Notes: generated by a model not told the origin, from the letters alone. A stretch of DNA of 64,000 bases from an uncultured Gammaproteobacteria bacterium (GCA_964648865.1 CAZYLV010000002.1:15272-79271), one strand, 5' to 3'; positions 55,213-64,000 are shown, numbered from the stretch's first letter. Made by a program: numbers and translations.

Positions 55213-56271
55213 TCATGCCAGGTGCTCCGGAAGGATGTGCTCGTCCATGGGTACGGCGGCGATCAGGCGCTTGCCGATGACCTCGGCCGAGCGGTTCGGG
55301 GGCAGGCCGCCCTTGCCCGGGCGCTTGAAGGCGATGTCCGTCTTGGCGACCACCTCGCCGGGGACGAGATCCCGCAGCGCGACGATGGCCGAGCCGGCCC
55401 AGGCGCGGCCTGCCGCGACGCTCTCGAGACGCTCGGTCTCGCTCTTGCCGCGCAACGCCGCCTCGAGCTCGCGGACCTGCGCGACCATGGCGGTGAGCTC
55501 CTCCGGCAGGAGCGCTCCCGGATTGTCCACGGAGCGCGGGTCCGCCTTGTCGAAGGTCAGGTGCTTCTCGACCATGCACGCGCCGAGGGCCACGGCCGCG
55601 AGCGGCAGGTGGAAGCCGCGCGAGTGGTCCGAGATGCCTACCGGCAGGCCGGTCAGCTCGCGCAGCTGCCCGATGCGCGGCAGGTTGACGTTCTCCGGTT
55701 CCGTCGGGTACTGGCTCACGCAATGGAAGATCCCGATGTCGCGCGCGCCGGCGTCGCGCAGCGTGGCGATGGCGTCGAGCACCTCCTGGTCGCTCTGCAG
55801 GCCGAAGGAGATGAGCACCGGTTTGCCGCGGCTGCCCACGTCGCGCAGGAAATCGGGATTGTTGGATTCGCCCGAGCCGACCTTGAAGTAGGGGACGTCC
55901 AGCGTCTTATCGAGGAACTCGATGGCCCAGTGGTCGTGCGGCGTGGCGAACCAGGCGATCCCTTTTGCGTCGGCCTCGTCGCGCAGCGCGCGCAGCTCGT
56001 CGTCGGTGAACTCCTTGTACTTGAGGCGCTCGAACCAATCGTAGCCGAGCTCGTCCTTGAGTCGGGCGCTGACGCGCTTGCTCACCAGGTTCTCCGTCTT
56101 CCAAGCCTGGTACTTCACCGCGTCGACCTTGGCCGTGACGGCCGCCTCGAGCTGGCCGCGCGCCAGGGCCATCTCACCGTAGTTGGTGACGCCGGCCTCG
56201 CAGATGATGAAGACGGGGTGCCCGTCGCCGACGGGCCGTCCGCCGAGGCTGATGGGTGAGACGGGCCTCAT
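55213..56271 (-). CDS. neuB: N-acetylneuraminate (nonulosonic acid) synthase, NeuB/LegI/PseI family with C-terminal SAF domain
   Basis: HPVFIICEAGVTNYGE...VDAVKYQ...KVGSGE...ISDHS, then an antifreeze-like SAF C-domain. Confidence 0.85.
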   Translation of the reverse strand: MRPVSPISLGGRPVGDGHPVFIICEAGVTNYGEMALARGQLEAAVTAKVDAVKYQAWKTENLVSKRVSARLKDELGYDWFERLKYKEFTDDELRALRDEADAKGIAWFATPHDHWAIEFLDKTLDVPYFKVGSGESNNPDFLRDVGSRGKPVLISFGLQSDQEVLDAIATLRDAGARDIGIFHCVSQYPTEPENVNLPRIGQLRELTGLPVGISDHSRGFHLPLAAVALGACMVEKHLTFDKADPRSVDNPGALLPEELTAMVAQVRELEAALRGKSETERLESVAAGRAWAGSAIVALRDLVPGEVVAKTDIAFKRPGKGGLPPNRSAEVIGKRLIAAVPMDEHILPEHLA

Positions 56272-56978
56272 GCGTTGGGGAACAGCACGGGGACGAGCGC
56301 CTGCGCGGTGCGCAGGTCCTCGGGGCCGTCGACGTCGAAGGTCGAAAGGCCGCTGATGACGAGCGGCAGGCAGCGGTCGCCGATGGGGATCTGCTTCTCA
56401 CGGATGACCTCAGGGCGGAACAGCCAGAGGTTGCCCATGGCGTAGAAGACCGGCTTGGACTGCCGCGTGTTGTATTTGGCGCGTTCCTCCGGGTTCGCGA
56501 AGCGCAGGCAGCCGTCCTCCTCGATGCGCCTGAGGTTCACGGGATGGAAATGGTTGGGGACCTCCTGCACGGACGTCACCGAGTCGGCCTCGGGGTGCGC
56601 GGCGAGCAGGGCGATGGCATCGGCGATCTCCTGGGTGCGGACGAAGGGCGAAGTCGGCTGCAGGAGCAGCACGGCGTCCGGCCCGTAGCCCTCGTTGGCC
56701 TTGAGCCACTCGAGCGCATGGCGCAGCACCGGCATCGTCGGCGACGTGTCCGTCGCGAGTTCCGCCGGCCGCACGTACGGGGTCTCGGCGCCGTGGGCTC
56801 GGGCCACGGCGGCGATCTCGGCGTCGTCCGTGTCGACGACGATGCGGGAGACGGCCGGGCAGGCGCGGGCGGCGGCGATGCCATAGGCAAGCATCGGCTT
56901 GCCGCCGAGGTCCGCGATGTTCTTCTTGGGGATGGACTTGGACCCGCCGCGCGCGGGAAGGATCGCCAGGACCTTCAT
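56268..56978 (-). CDS. neuA: Acylneuraminate cytidylyltransferase (CMP-nonulosonic acid synthetase)
   Basis: ILPARGGSKSIPKKNI...GKPML (CTP_transf_3 signature). Confidence 0.85.
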   Translation of the reverse strand: MKVLAILPARGGSKSIPKKNIADLGGKPMLAYGIAAARACPAVSRIVVDTDDAEIAAVARAHGAETPYVRPAELATDTSPTMPVLRHALEWLKANEGYGPDAVLLLQPTSPFVRTQEIADAIALLAAHPEADSVTSVQEVPNHFHPVNLRRIEEDGCLRFANPEERAKYNTRQSKPVFYAMGNLWLFRPEVIREKQIPIGDRCLPLVISGLSTFDVDGPEDLRTAQALVPVLFPNA

Positions 56979-57011
56979 ATCTGGGCTCCATCCTGGCCCA
57001 TCCGGGCAGCC

Positions 57012-57040
57012 TTGTCAAAGCCCCGGCGGGTCGGTACGAT
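57012..57040 (+). promoter_or_regulatory. Sigma70-like promoter candidate in the neuA/neuC divergent region (TTGTCA-N17-TACGAT)
   Basis: 5/6 -35 and 4/6 -10 at 17-bp spacing, about 20 nt upstream of the neuC start. Confidence 0.3.
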
Positions 57041-57060
57041 CGCGCGGAACCCCTGTGGAC

Positions 57061-58272
57061 ATGCCCCTCACGCGCATCGCCATCTTTTCCGGGAAGCGCG
57101 GCGGGCTCGGTGCCTATCTGCCGCTCGTCCGGCTCATCGAGGCCGACCCGTCCCTCTCCGCGCATCTGGTGCTCGGGGACATGCACGCCTCTCCTTTTTT
57201 CGGGATGACCGAAGGCGAGGCGCGCGCGCTCTTTCCGGGCACCGACATCCGGGTCGTCGACATGGCCACCGGCGGCGACGATTCCGTCGCGGCGCGCCTG
57301 CGTGGCCTGGGGACGCTGCTCAGGGAGTCGGTGGCCGCGCTCGCCGATGTCCGGCCGGACGTGCTGTTCGTGCACGGCGACCGCGCCGAGCATCTGCTCA
57401 TGGCGCTGGCCGCCTCGACCAGCGGCATCCTCGTGGCGCACACTCAGGGCGGCGACGTCTCAGGCAACATCGACGAGCACCAGCGGCACGCCATCACCAA
57501 GCTGGCGCACCTCCACTTCCCGGAGACGGCCGAGGCCGCGGCGCGTCTCGCCTTGCTCGGCGAGGAAACATGGCGCATCCATCCGGTGGGATCCCTGTAC
57601 GTGGACCGCATCGTGGCGCGGATGTTCCCGCCGGCCGCCGACGTCCGCCAGCGCTACGGTCTGGGCCCGGCGGGCGACTATGCCGTGGTGCTGCTCCATC
57701 CGGAGACCTGGAAGTCGCGTGCCGAGAACCAGGCCATGGCCGAGAGCGTCCTCACGGCGGTGGCGGCCTCCGGCATGCGCGCGTTGCTGGTCTACCCGTG
57801 CTCCGATCCCGGCTTCGGCGGCATCGTCGATGCCATCGAAGCGCGGCGCGGAGCACCCGGCGTGGCCATCGAGAAGAACGTGCCCAACATGGATTTCCTG
57901 AGCCTCCTCTCCGGCGCGGCCGTGCTGGTGGGGAATTCCAGCGCCGCATTGGTCGAGGCGCCGTATCTGGGCGTGCCGGCCGTCAATGTCGGCGAGCGCC
58001 AGCGCGGCCGACGGCGCGACGCCAACGTCATCGACGTCCCGGAACCGAGCGTCGCGGGGGTCGCTGCGGCCCTCACGCGCGCCCGCGAGGACGTCGCCTT
58101 CCGCGCCGGTCTGGCCGCCGCGGGCGGCAGGCTCGGCGACGGCACCGCCTCGCGCCGCATCCTCGAGGTGCTGCGCGGGCTCGACCCTGCGGCGACCGGC
58201 GCGCTCCAGAAGCGCCTGACGTACGCCGCCGCGGACATCGACGCCGCGGGATTGCTAAGGAAAAAGGGGTGA
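57061..58272 (+). CDS. neuC: UDP-N-acetylglucosamine 2-epimerase (hydrolysing, NeuC/LegG-like)
   Basis: IAIFSGKRGGLG N-terminus, HGDRAEHL and HTQGGDVSG motifs. A third, distinct 2-epimerase type in the window. Confidence 0.75.
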   Translation: MPLTRIAIFSGKRGGLGAYLPLVRLIEADPSLSAHLVLGDMHASPFFGMTEGEARALFPGTDIRVVDMATGGDDSVAARLRGLGTLLRESVAALADVRPDVLFVHGDRAEHLLMALAASTSGILVAHTQGGDVSGNIDEHQRHAITKLAHLHFPETAEAAARLALLGEETWRIHPVGSLYVDRIVARMFPPAADVRQRYGLGPAGDYAVVLLHPETWKSRAENQAMAESVLTAVAASGMRALLVYPCSDPGFGGIVDAIEARRGAPGVAIEKNVPNMDFLSLLSGAAVLVGNSSAALVEAPYLGVPAVNVGERQRGRRRDANVIDVPEPSVAGVAAALTRAREDVAFRAGLAAAGGRLGDGTASRRILEVLRGLDPAATGALQKRLTYAAADIDAAGLLRKKG

Positions 58273-58273
58273 T

Positions 58274-58282
58274 GGTATAGTC
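58274..58282 (+). promoter_or_regulatory. Extended -10 promoter candidate (TGgTATAGT) upstream of sqdB
   Basis: TG-n-TATAGT in a locally AT-richer 40-bp gap, about 30 nt upstream of the ATG at 58313. Confidence 0.3.
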
Positions 58283-58312
58283 CTGCCGCTAGTTTTCCTG
58301 TCGCCACGACCT

Positions 58313-59473
58313 ATGCGTGTCCTGATCCTCGGAGCTGACGGTTACCTCGGTTGGCCCACCGCGATGCACTTCGCCGCGCGTGGCGACGAGGTGGCGGTCC
58401 TCGATAACATGGCCAAACGCGTCTGGGAGGCCGAGGTCGGCGCGCAGCCCCTCTGGGCCATCCCGACCCTGCAACGCCGTCTCCAGCTCTGGAAGGAGAA
58501 GACCGGCAAGCCGATGAAGCTGTACGTCGGCGACATCGCCGAGAACCACCGCTTCGTCTACCACGTCTTCGAGCAGTTCCGGCCCGAGGCCATCATCCAT
58601 TACGCGGAGCAGCCCTCGGCGCCCTATTCGATGATTTCGCGGGAGAGCGCCGTCTCCACCCAGCGCAACAACGTGCTCGGGACGCTCAACGTGCTCTTCG
58701 CCATGAAGAAGTACGTGCCGGACGCGCATCTCATCAAGCTCGGCACGATGGGCGAGTACGGCACGCCGAACATCGACATCGAGGAGGGCTACATCACCAT
58801 CGAGCACAACGGACGCTCGGACCGTCTGCCCTTCCCCAAGATGGCCGGCTCCTTCTATCACTGGAGCAAGGTCCACGACAGCGGCAACATCATGTTCGCC
58901 GCCAAGATCTGGGACCTGCGCGCCACGGACCTCAACCAGGGCGTGGTCTACGGGATCGACACGCCGGAGACGCTCTTGCACCCCGACCTGCGCACCAGCT
59001 TCCACTACGACGGCGTCTTCGGCACGGCGCTCAACCGCTTCTGCGTGCAGGCCGTGGCCGGGATCCCGCTCACGCTCTACGGCACTGGCGGCCAGAAGCG
59101 CGGCTTCCTCAACATCAACGATACGCTGCAGTGCGTGGCGATCGCCGCGGACAACCCCGCCGAACGCGGGGAGTTCCGCGTCTTCAACCAATTCACGGAG
59201 GTCTTCACCGTGGCCGAGCTGGCCGAACGCGTCGTCTCGGCGGCGGGCGCCGTGGGGATCCAGGCCACGACGCGGCGCCTGGAGAACCCGCGCATCGAGA
59301 AGGAAGACCATTACTACAACCCCAAGAACGACGCGCTCCTCAAGCTCGGGCTCAAGCCCCGGCTGCTTTCCCAGGAGCTCGTCGACAGCATGCTCAAGAG
59401 GATCAGGGAGGCGCAGGCCCAGGTCGACCTGGACACCATCTTGCCTGCGGTGCAATGGAAGCAGCGCACATGA
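58313..59473 (+). CDS. sqdB: UDP-sulfoquinovose synthase (SQD1/SqdB/Agl3 family)
   Basis: Near-collinear identity with plant SQD1 signature blocks: LGTMGEYGTPNIDIEEGYITI, RATDLNQGVVYG, GTALNRFCVQA, GEFRVFNQFTE, HYYN.K. Confidence 0.9.
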   Translation: MRVLILGADGYLGWPTAMHFAARGDEVAVLDNMAKRVWEAEVGAQPLWAIPTLQRRLQLWKEKTGKPMKLYVGDIAENHRFVYHVFEQFRPEAIIHYAEQPSAPYSMISRESAVSTQRNNVLGTLNVLFAMKKYVPDAHLIKLGTMGEYGTPNIDIEEGYITIEHNGRSDRLPFPKMAGSFYHWSKVHDSGNIMFAAKIWDLRATDLNQGVVYGIDTPETLLHPDLRTSFHYDGVFGTALNRFCVQAVAGIPLTLYGTGGQKRGFLNINDTLQCVAIAADNPAERGEFRVFNQFTEVFTVAELAERVVSAAGAVGIQATTRRLENPRIEKEDHYYNPKNDALLKLGLKPRLLSQELVDSMLKRIREAQAQVDLDTILPAVQWKQRT

Positions 59474-60216
59474 TGCCGCCTATGGACGCGACAGGCATCA
59501 TCCTGTCCGCGGGCATCGGCCAGCGGATGGGCGAGCCAACCAAGGACCGGCCGAAAGGCATGCTCGACCTCGGCGGCCGGCCGCTCTTGGCGTACGGCAT
59601 CCGCTTCCTGCGGTCCGTGGGCGTGTCCCGTGTCGTCGTCGTCGCCGGGCACCATGCCGCCACCGTCCATGACTTCGTCCGGGGTTTCGATCCGGCGGTC
59701 GAGGTCGTCGACAACCCCGACTACCTCAAGGGCAACCTCTACTCGGTGTTGACGGCGTTGCGCGTCGTGCCCGGCGCCTTCCTGTTGGCCAATGCCGACC
59801 ACATCTACTCGCGGCAGATCGCCGCGACGGTGGCCGCCGCCGCGCGCGGCATCACCGCCTACTGCGACACCGACCGCGCCTTGGGCGACGACGACATGAA
59901 GGTCAAGCTGGACGCCGCGGGCATGCTCGCAGGCATCTCCAAGCGGCTCGTCGACTTCGACCGCGGCTACGTGGGCCTGACGTACTGCGACGCGGCCTCG
60001 CGTCCGCTCTACGACGCCGCCTGCGCGCGCGTCGTGGCACGCCTGGGCGACAAGGCCGTGGCCGAACAGGTGCTCCAGGAACTGGCCGACGGCGGCGCCG
60101 CGGTCGGCATCGGCGACATCTCCGGCCATGGCTGGCTGGAGGTCGATTTTCCGGAGGAATTCGTCCGCGCGAAGGCCGCGGTAGCCAAGGACGTGGCGCG
60201 GTACTGGACCGCCTGA
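59470..60216 (+). CDS. MobA-like nucleotidyltransferase (NTP_transf_3), second stand-alone copy
   Basis: GIILSAGIGQRMGEPTKDRPKGMLDLGG. ATGATG overlap with sqdB. Confidence 0.65.
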   Translation: MMPPMDATGIILSAGIGQRMGEPTKDRPKGMLDLGGRPLLAYGIRFLRSVGVSRVVVVAGHHAATVHDFVRGFDPAVEVVDNPDYLKGNLYSVLTALRVVPGAFLLANADHIYSRQIAATVAAAARGITAYCDTDRALGDDDMKVKLDAAGMLAGISKRLVDFDRGYVGLTYCDAASRPLYDAACARVVARLGDKAVAEQVLQELADGGAAVGIGDISGHGWLEVDFPEEFVRAKAAVAKDVARYWTA

Positions 60217-60228
60217 GCGCGGTCGCGT

Positions 60229-61134
60229 ATGCGGCAGGGCGCCTGCGGCCATCTCGACCGGCTCGAAGCCGAGAGCATCCACGTCTTCCGCGAGGCCGTG
60301 GCCGAGTTCCGGAATCCGGTCATGCTCTACTCCATCGGCAAGGATTCCAGCGTCCTGCTGCGGTTGGCGCAGAAGGCCTTCGCGCCCGGGCCGATGCCCT
60401 TCCCGCTGCTGCATGTCGACACCAAGTACAAGTTCCGGGAGATGATCGAGTTCCGCGACGCCGTCGCCCGGGACAACGGGCTGCGGCTGATCGTCCACAG
60501 CAACGAGGAACCGGCCGCCCAGCAGATGAAGCCCGAGGAGGCGCACACCGAGACCTACATCTACTACAAGAAGACCAAGCCGCTGCTCGAGGCCATGCGC
60601 ATCCACGGCTTCGATGCGGCCTTCGGCGGGGCACGTCGTGAGGAGGAGAAGTCCCGCGCCAAGGAGCGCATCTTTTCCGTGCGCAACGAACATGGGGTCT
60701 GGGACCCCAAGCGCCAACGGCCCGAGGTCTGGGACCTCTACAACTGCAAGCTCAACGCCGGGGAGACGATGCGCGTCTTCCCGCTGTCCGACTGGACGGA
60801 AGCCGACGTCTGGGCGTACATCGCGCGCGAACGCATCCCGGTGGTGCCGCTCTACTTCGCCGCGACGCGTCGCGTGGTCCGGCGCAACGGCGTCCTGCTG
60901 CGGCTCGACGAGCACGTGCGGGCCCGGCCCGACGAGGAGGTCATGGAGCTTTCCTGCCGCTACCGGACGCTGGGCTGTTCGCCGTCCACCGGCGCGGTGC
61001 CGTCGACCGCCGCGACCGTAGAGGAGATCCTGGCCGAGGTGGTCTCCGCGCGCAATTCGGAACGCGAGACGCGGGCCATCGACCACGCCGGCGAGAACGC
61101 CATGGAGGAGAAGAAACGGGAAGGGTATTTCTGA
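60229..61134 (+). CDS. cysD: Sulfate adenylyltransferase subunit 2
   Basis: PAPS-reductase-fold ATP sulfurylase small subunit: [27 protein letters not shown]. Confidence 0.9.
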   Translation: MRQGACGHLDRLEAESIHVFREAVAEFRNPVMLYSIGKDSSVLLRLAQKAFAPGPMPFPLLHVDTKYKFREMIEFRDAVARDNGLRLIVHSNEEPAAQQMKPEEAHTETYIYYKKTKPLLEAMRIHGFDAAFGGARREEEKSRAKERIFSVRNEHGVWDPKRQRPEVWDLYNCKLNAGETMRVFPLSDWTEADVWAYIARERIPVVPLYFAATRRVVRRNGVLLRLDEHVRARPDEEVMELSCRYRTLGCSPSTGAVPSTAATVEEILAEVVSARNSERETRAIDHAGENAMEEKKREGYF

Positions 61135-61135
61135 T

Positions 61136-62398
61136 ATGGACGCATCCGCCTACGCCTTCGGGCTGCGCCGCGTCGCCGCCATCGGCAGCGTCGACGACGG
61201 CAAGTCCACGCTCATCGGACGCCTGCTCTACGACACCGGCAACGTCTACGACGACCAGCTCGCCGCCGTCGAGAAGAGCAGCCGCCGCAAGGGCAAGGAG
61301 GGCATCGACCTCTCCTTCATCACCGACGGCCTGGCCGCCGAGCGCGAGCAAGGCATCACCATCGACGTGGCCTACCGCTACGTCACGACGCCGACCCATC
61401 GGTTCATCCTCGCGGACGCGCCGGGCCATGAGGAGTACACGCGCAACATGGTGACCGCCGCCGCCGGCGCCGACACCGCGGTGGTGCTGACGGACGTCGC
61501 CGCGGGCCCGACGCTGCAGACCGTCCGCCACCTGTACCTGGCGCATCTCTTCGGCGTCCGGCAGCTCATCGTGGCGGTCAACAAGATGGACCAGGTAGGC
61601 TACGCGCAGGACGGCTTCGGGCGCATCCGCGATGCGGTGGCCGCCTCGCTGGAGCGGATGGGCGTCCAGGGTGTGGCCTTCATCCCGGTCTCCGCGCTCG
61701 CGGGCGACATGGTGGCGCACCGCGGTGAGCGCCTGCCCTGGTACGGCGGACCGACCCTGCTCGAGGCCATCTCGCGCGACCCGGCCACGGCCGCGCAGCT
61801 CGACGCGCCGTTCCGGATGTGCGTGCAGACGGCGGTGCGCGCCGGCACGGACTTCCGTGGGTACGCCGGAACGGTCGCCGCGGGGCGCCTGCGCGTCGGC
61901 GACGCGGTCGTCGTCTTGCCGAGCGGCCGCACCTCCGCCGTGACGCGCATCCTGCTCGACCCGCACGGACTCCCGGAGGCGCGCTGGCCGCAGGCCGTGG
62001 TCGTGACGCTTGCCGACGACGTCGGGGTGAGCCGCGGCGACGTGTTGGTGCGCGGCGACGAATCCGCCCGTCCCCGGATCGGGGATGCGCTGGCGGCGGA
62101 CGTCTGCTGGATGTCCGAGCATCCGCTCGCGCCCGGCGCCACGTACCTCATCAAGCACGGCACCCGCACCACCAAAGCGACGGTCACGGCCATCGACCAC
62201 CGCATCGACATGCGGACCGTCTCGCCCGTGCCGGCGGAGTCCCTGACGCTCAACGACGTCGGCGCACTGCGCATGGCCGCGCACGAGCCGCTCGTGTACG
62301 ATGCTTATCGCGACAACAGGACCACCGGCGCCATCCTCATGATCGACCCCCTCTCCAAGGCGACGGTCGGCGTCGGCCTCATCAGGCACGCCCCATGA
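61136..62398 (+). CDS. cysN: Sulfate adenylyltransferase subunit 1 (GTPase), without an APS-kinase domain
   Basis: GSVDDGKSTLIGRLL (G1), DAPGHEEY (G3), NKMD (G4). 420 aa, so no fused CysC. Confidence 0.9.
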   Translation: MDASAYAFGLRRVAAIGSVDDGKSTLIGRLLYDTGNVYDDQLAAVEKSSRRKGKEGIDLSFITDGLAAEREQGITIDVAYRYVTTPTHRFILADAPGHEEYTRNMVTAAAGADTAVVLTDVAAGPTLQTVRHLYLAHLFGVRQLIVAVNKMDQVGYAQDGFGRIRDAVAASLERMGVQGVAFIPVSALAGDMVAHRGERLPWYGGPTLLEAISRDPATAAQLDAPFRMCVQTAVRAGTDFRGYAGTVAAGRLRVGDAVVVLPSGRTSAVTRILLDPHGLPEARWPQAVVVTLADDVGVSRGDVLVRGDESARPRIGDALAADVCWMSEHPLAPGATYLIKHGTRTTKATVTAIDHRIDMRTVSPVPAESLTLNDVGALRMAAHEPLVYDAYRDNRTTGAILMIDPLSKATVGVGLIRHAP

Positions 62399-63114
62399 GC
62401 CCTCGACCCGTCGACGCGTCCGCCGTGCCCGCGCTCGCTGCGCGCTTCCGCGAGGCCTCCGCCGAAGACCTCATCCGCTGGGCGGGCGAGACGTTCGGTG
62501 ACGGCTTGGCGATCGCCTCGAGCTTCAGCGCCGAGGACGTCGTCCTCATCGACCTGGCCGTGCGCCTGGCACCGCGCACGACGGTCTTCACGTTGGATAC
62601 CGGCCGGCTGCCGGAGGAGACGCACGCCGTCATCGACGCCGTCCGCCGCAGGTACGGGCTGGCGGTGGAGGTCCATATGCCTGATGCGGGGAAGGCGGAA
62701 GCGTTGGTGCGCGAGAAGGGGATGTACTCCTTCCGGCAGGGCCTTGAGGAACGGCGTTCTTGCTGCTTCGTGCGCAAGGTGGAGCCGCTGCGCCGCGCGC
62801 TCCAGGGCAAGGGAGCCTGGATGACCGGGCTGCGCAACGGCCAGGCGGCCACGCGCCATGAGGTGGATCGGATCGCGTGGGACGGGCTCAACGGCGGGCT
62901 CGTGAAGATCAACCCGCTGGCGTCATGGACGTCCGAGCGCATCTGGGAGCATGTCCGCGCCAACGGCCTGCCGTACAACGCGCTCTACGACAAGGGCTAC
63001 ACCTCGATCGGCTGCGCGCCATGCACCCGTCCGGTGCAGCCGGGCGAGGACGAACGCGCCGGTCGCTGGTGGTGGGAGGATCCCGACAAGAAGGAATGCG
63101 GCCTGCACCGCTGA
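62395..63114 (+). CDS. cysH: Adenylyl-sulfate (APS) reductase, 4Fe-4S type
   Basis: PAPS/APS-reductase fold with the cluster cysteines CC (RRSCCF) and CxxC (SIGCAPCT) characteristic of APS-specific enzymes, plus catalytic KECGLH. Confidence 0.8.
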   Translation: MSPRPVDASAVPALAARFREASAEDLIRWAGETFGDGLAIASSFSAEDVVLIDLAVRLAPRTTVFTLDTGRLPEETHAVIDAVRRRYGLAVEVHMPDAGKAEALVREKGMYSFRQGLEERRSCCFVRKVEPLRRALQGKGAWMTGLRNGQAATRHEVDRIAWDGLNGGLVKINPLASWTSERIWEHVRANGLPYNALYDKGYTSIGCAPCTRPVQPGEDERAGRWWWEDPDKKECGLHR

Positions 63115-63117
63115 GCG

Positions 63118-63960
63118 CTAGAGCGCAAGCAACGCGGCGCCGAGCACCATGAGCGCTCCCGCGGCCACCCTCTCCGGGTGGCCGCGTTCCTTGAGCATCG
63201 GTCCGGACAGCAGGATGACGAAGAGGATCGACGTCCGGCGCAGGGCGGAGGAGTAGCTGGCCGGACCGAGGGTCAGCGCCATGTTGAAGAGGACGATGAC
63301 GCCCGTGTAGATGACGGGCGAGAGCAGCAGCATACCGAGCTGGCGGGGGGTGAGCCGTCGGGGCAGATGCTCGCGACGCAGCGTCGTCGCGACGATGAGT
63401 CCGACGAAGCCGAGCACGGCCATCGGCGCGAAGGTGGCCGAAGTCCGGGCCACGGCGAGCTTGTCGAAATTGATGGAGATGCTGGCCGCGAGCGCGCCGA
63501 GGAAGGCGATGCGCACGCCTGCGTCGGAGCGCAACAGCCGCCACGGGAGCAGGAAGTCGCGTGCCGTGTGGAGATGCCGCCGCCAGCCGGGCGGGCCGCC
63601 GTCCGCGGCGCCGGGATTGCCGCGCGAGAGCACGTAGAGACCGAGCGAGAGCAGCGGGACGCCGGCCCAGCCCGCCGGTCCGGGGATCTCTCCGAGGATG
63701 AGGATGCCGGTGAACAGGGCGAAGAGCGGCGCCGTGGCGGAGATGGGCGCGACGAGCGAGGCGTCGGTGCGCGCCAGCGCGAAGAGCTCCCCGCCGATGA
63801 TGGCGATGTTGAGCACGGCGGTCGCGGCCAGCGGCCAGAAGGCGCCTGTGGGGGAGTACCAGTCGATGTCCGGCGGCGGGCGCGACCAGACGGCGGTGAG
63901 GACGGCGAGCAGCACGCTGCCCATGAGCATGTTCACCGTCGTCACGAAGCGCGCGGGCAA
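63118..63960 (-). CDS. EamA/DMT-family transporter
   Basis: 10 predicted TM helices in two 5-TM repeats. The upstream end lies close to the window edge, so the start is uncertain. Confidence 0.6.
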   Translation of the reverse strand: MPARFVTTVNMLMGSVLLAVLTAVWSRPPPDIDWYSPTGAFWPLAATAVLNIAIIGGELFALARTDASLVAPISATAPLFALFTGILILGEIPGPAGWAGVPLLSLGLYVLSRGNPGAADGGPPGWRRHLHTARDFLLPWRLLRSDAGVRIAFLGALAASISINFDKLAVARTSATFAPMAVLGFVGLIVATTLRREHLPRRLTPRQLGMLLLSPVIYTGVIVLFNMALTLGPASYSSALRRTSILFVILLSGPMLKERGHPERVAAGALMVLGAALLAL

Positions 63961-64000
63961 CTCGCGCAGGACCCGCTTGCTGTTGACGACGTAGAAGGCG

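Noticed and set aside
63115-63128. Short palindrome GCGCTAGAGCGC between convergent cysH and EamA genes as a terminator.
   Set aside because: The stem is only 5 bp with no T-tract, and it overlaps both stop codons. It is more likely coincidental.
1-64000. Archaeal origin (S-layer glycoprotein, Agl3-like SqdB, DIP-like inositol genes).
   Set aside because: Proteins are Arg-rich rather than acidic. Wzx, Wzy_C, GT4 and DegT families and the ATGA-coupled operon style fit a high-GC bacterium. No archaeal AglB/STT3 WWDYG protein was found. Not resolvable from this window, so no claim is made.
1-64000. CRISPR arrays, IS elements/transposases, integrases, tRNA/rRNA genes.
   Set aside because: No direct-repeat/spacer periodicity, no DDE/tyrosine-recombinase-like ORFs, and no tRNA-like cloverleaf candidates were noticed in intergenic regions. 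The only repeats are the short ones reported.

Overview
This is a high-GC (~70%) bacterial window containing one very large cell-surface glycan / glycoprotein-decoration locus of about 50 genes. Nearly all are co-directional on the + strand and many are linked by 4-bp ATGA/GTGA start-stop overlaps, as expected for translationally coupled operons. No rRNA, tRNA, CRISPR or mobile elements were seen.

Gene order:
- 5' end: the partial end of a Thr/Ser/Asn/Asp-rich secreted surface protein (S-layer-like) followed by a strong terminator, then three tandem paralogous O-antigen-ligase (Wzy_C)-domain membrane proteins with C-terminal TPR repeats.
- 8-37 kb: a dense block of sugar-modifying genes (GT4 and GT2 glycosyltransferases, three kinds of UDP-GlcNAc 2-epimerase, AsnB-like amidotransferase, DegT aminotransferase, Gfo/Idh/MocA oxidoreductase, formyltransferase, CE4 deacetylase, about nine SAM methyltransferases), a myo-inositol-1-phosphate synthase, a GT-C-like membrane protein, two alkaline-phosphatase-family paralogs and a Wzx-like flippase.
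- 37.2-43.7 kb: a phosphonate biosynthesis module bracketed by two paralogous ribbon-helix-helix small proteins: a nucleotidyltransferase, a HEPD/MPnS-family bicupin, a PEP mutase-like::cytidylyltransferase fusion, a phosphonopyruvate decarboxylase and an iron-containing alcohol dehydrogenase.
- 44.7-52.4 kb: a Wzx-like flippase, two TagF-like paralogs, a CDP-alcohol phosphotransferase::HAD fusion, an NAD-dependent epimerase and a second non-hydrolysing UDP-GlcNAc 2-epimerase.
- 55.2-58.3 kb: a nonulosonic (sialic-like) acid module neuB/neuA/neuC.
- 58.3-64 kb: a UDP-sulfoquinovose synthase with its own sulfite supply (cysD, cysN, APS reductase cysH) and an EamA transporter.

The most novel-looking element is a phosphonoglycan-type system whose bicupin oxygenase carries a methylphosphonate-synthase-like 2-His-1-Gln signature. 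It is embedded in a glycan locus that also has the enzymatic potential to add sulfoquinovose, a nonulosonic acid, inositol phosphate, formamido sugars and many O-methyl groups.
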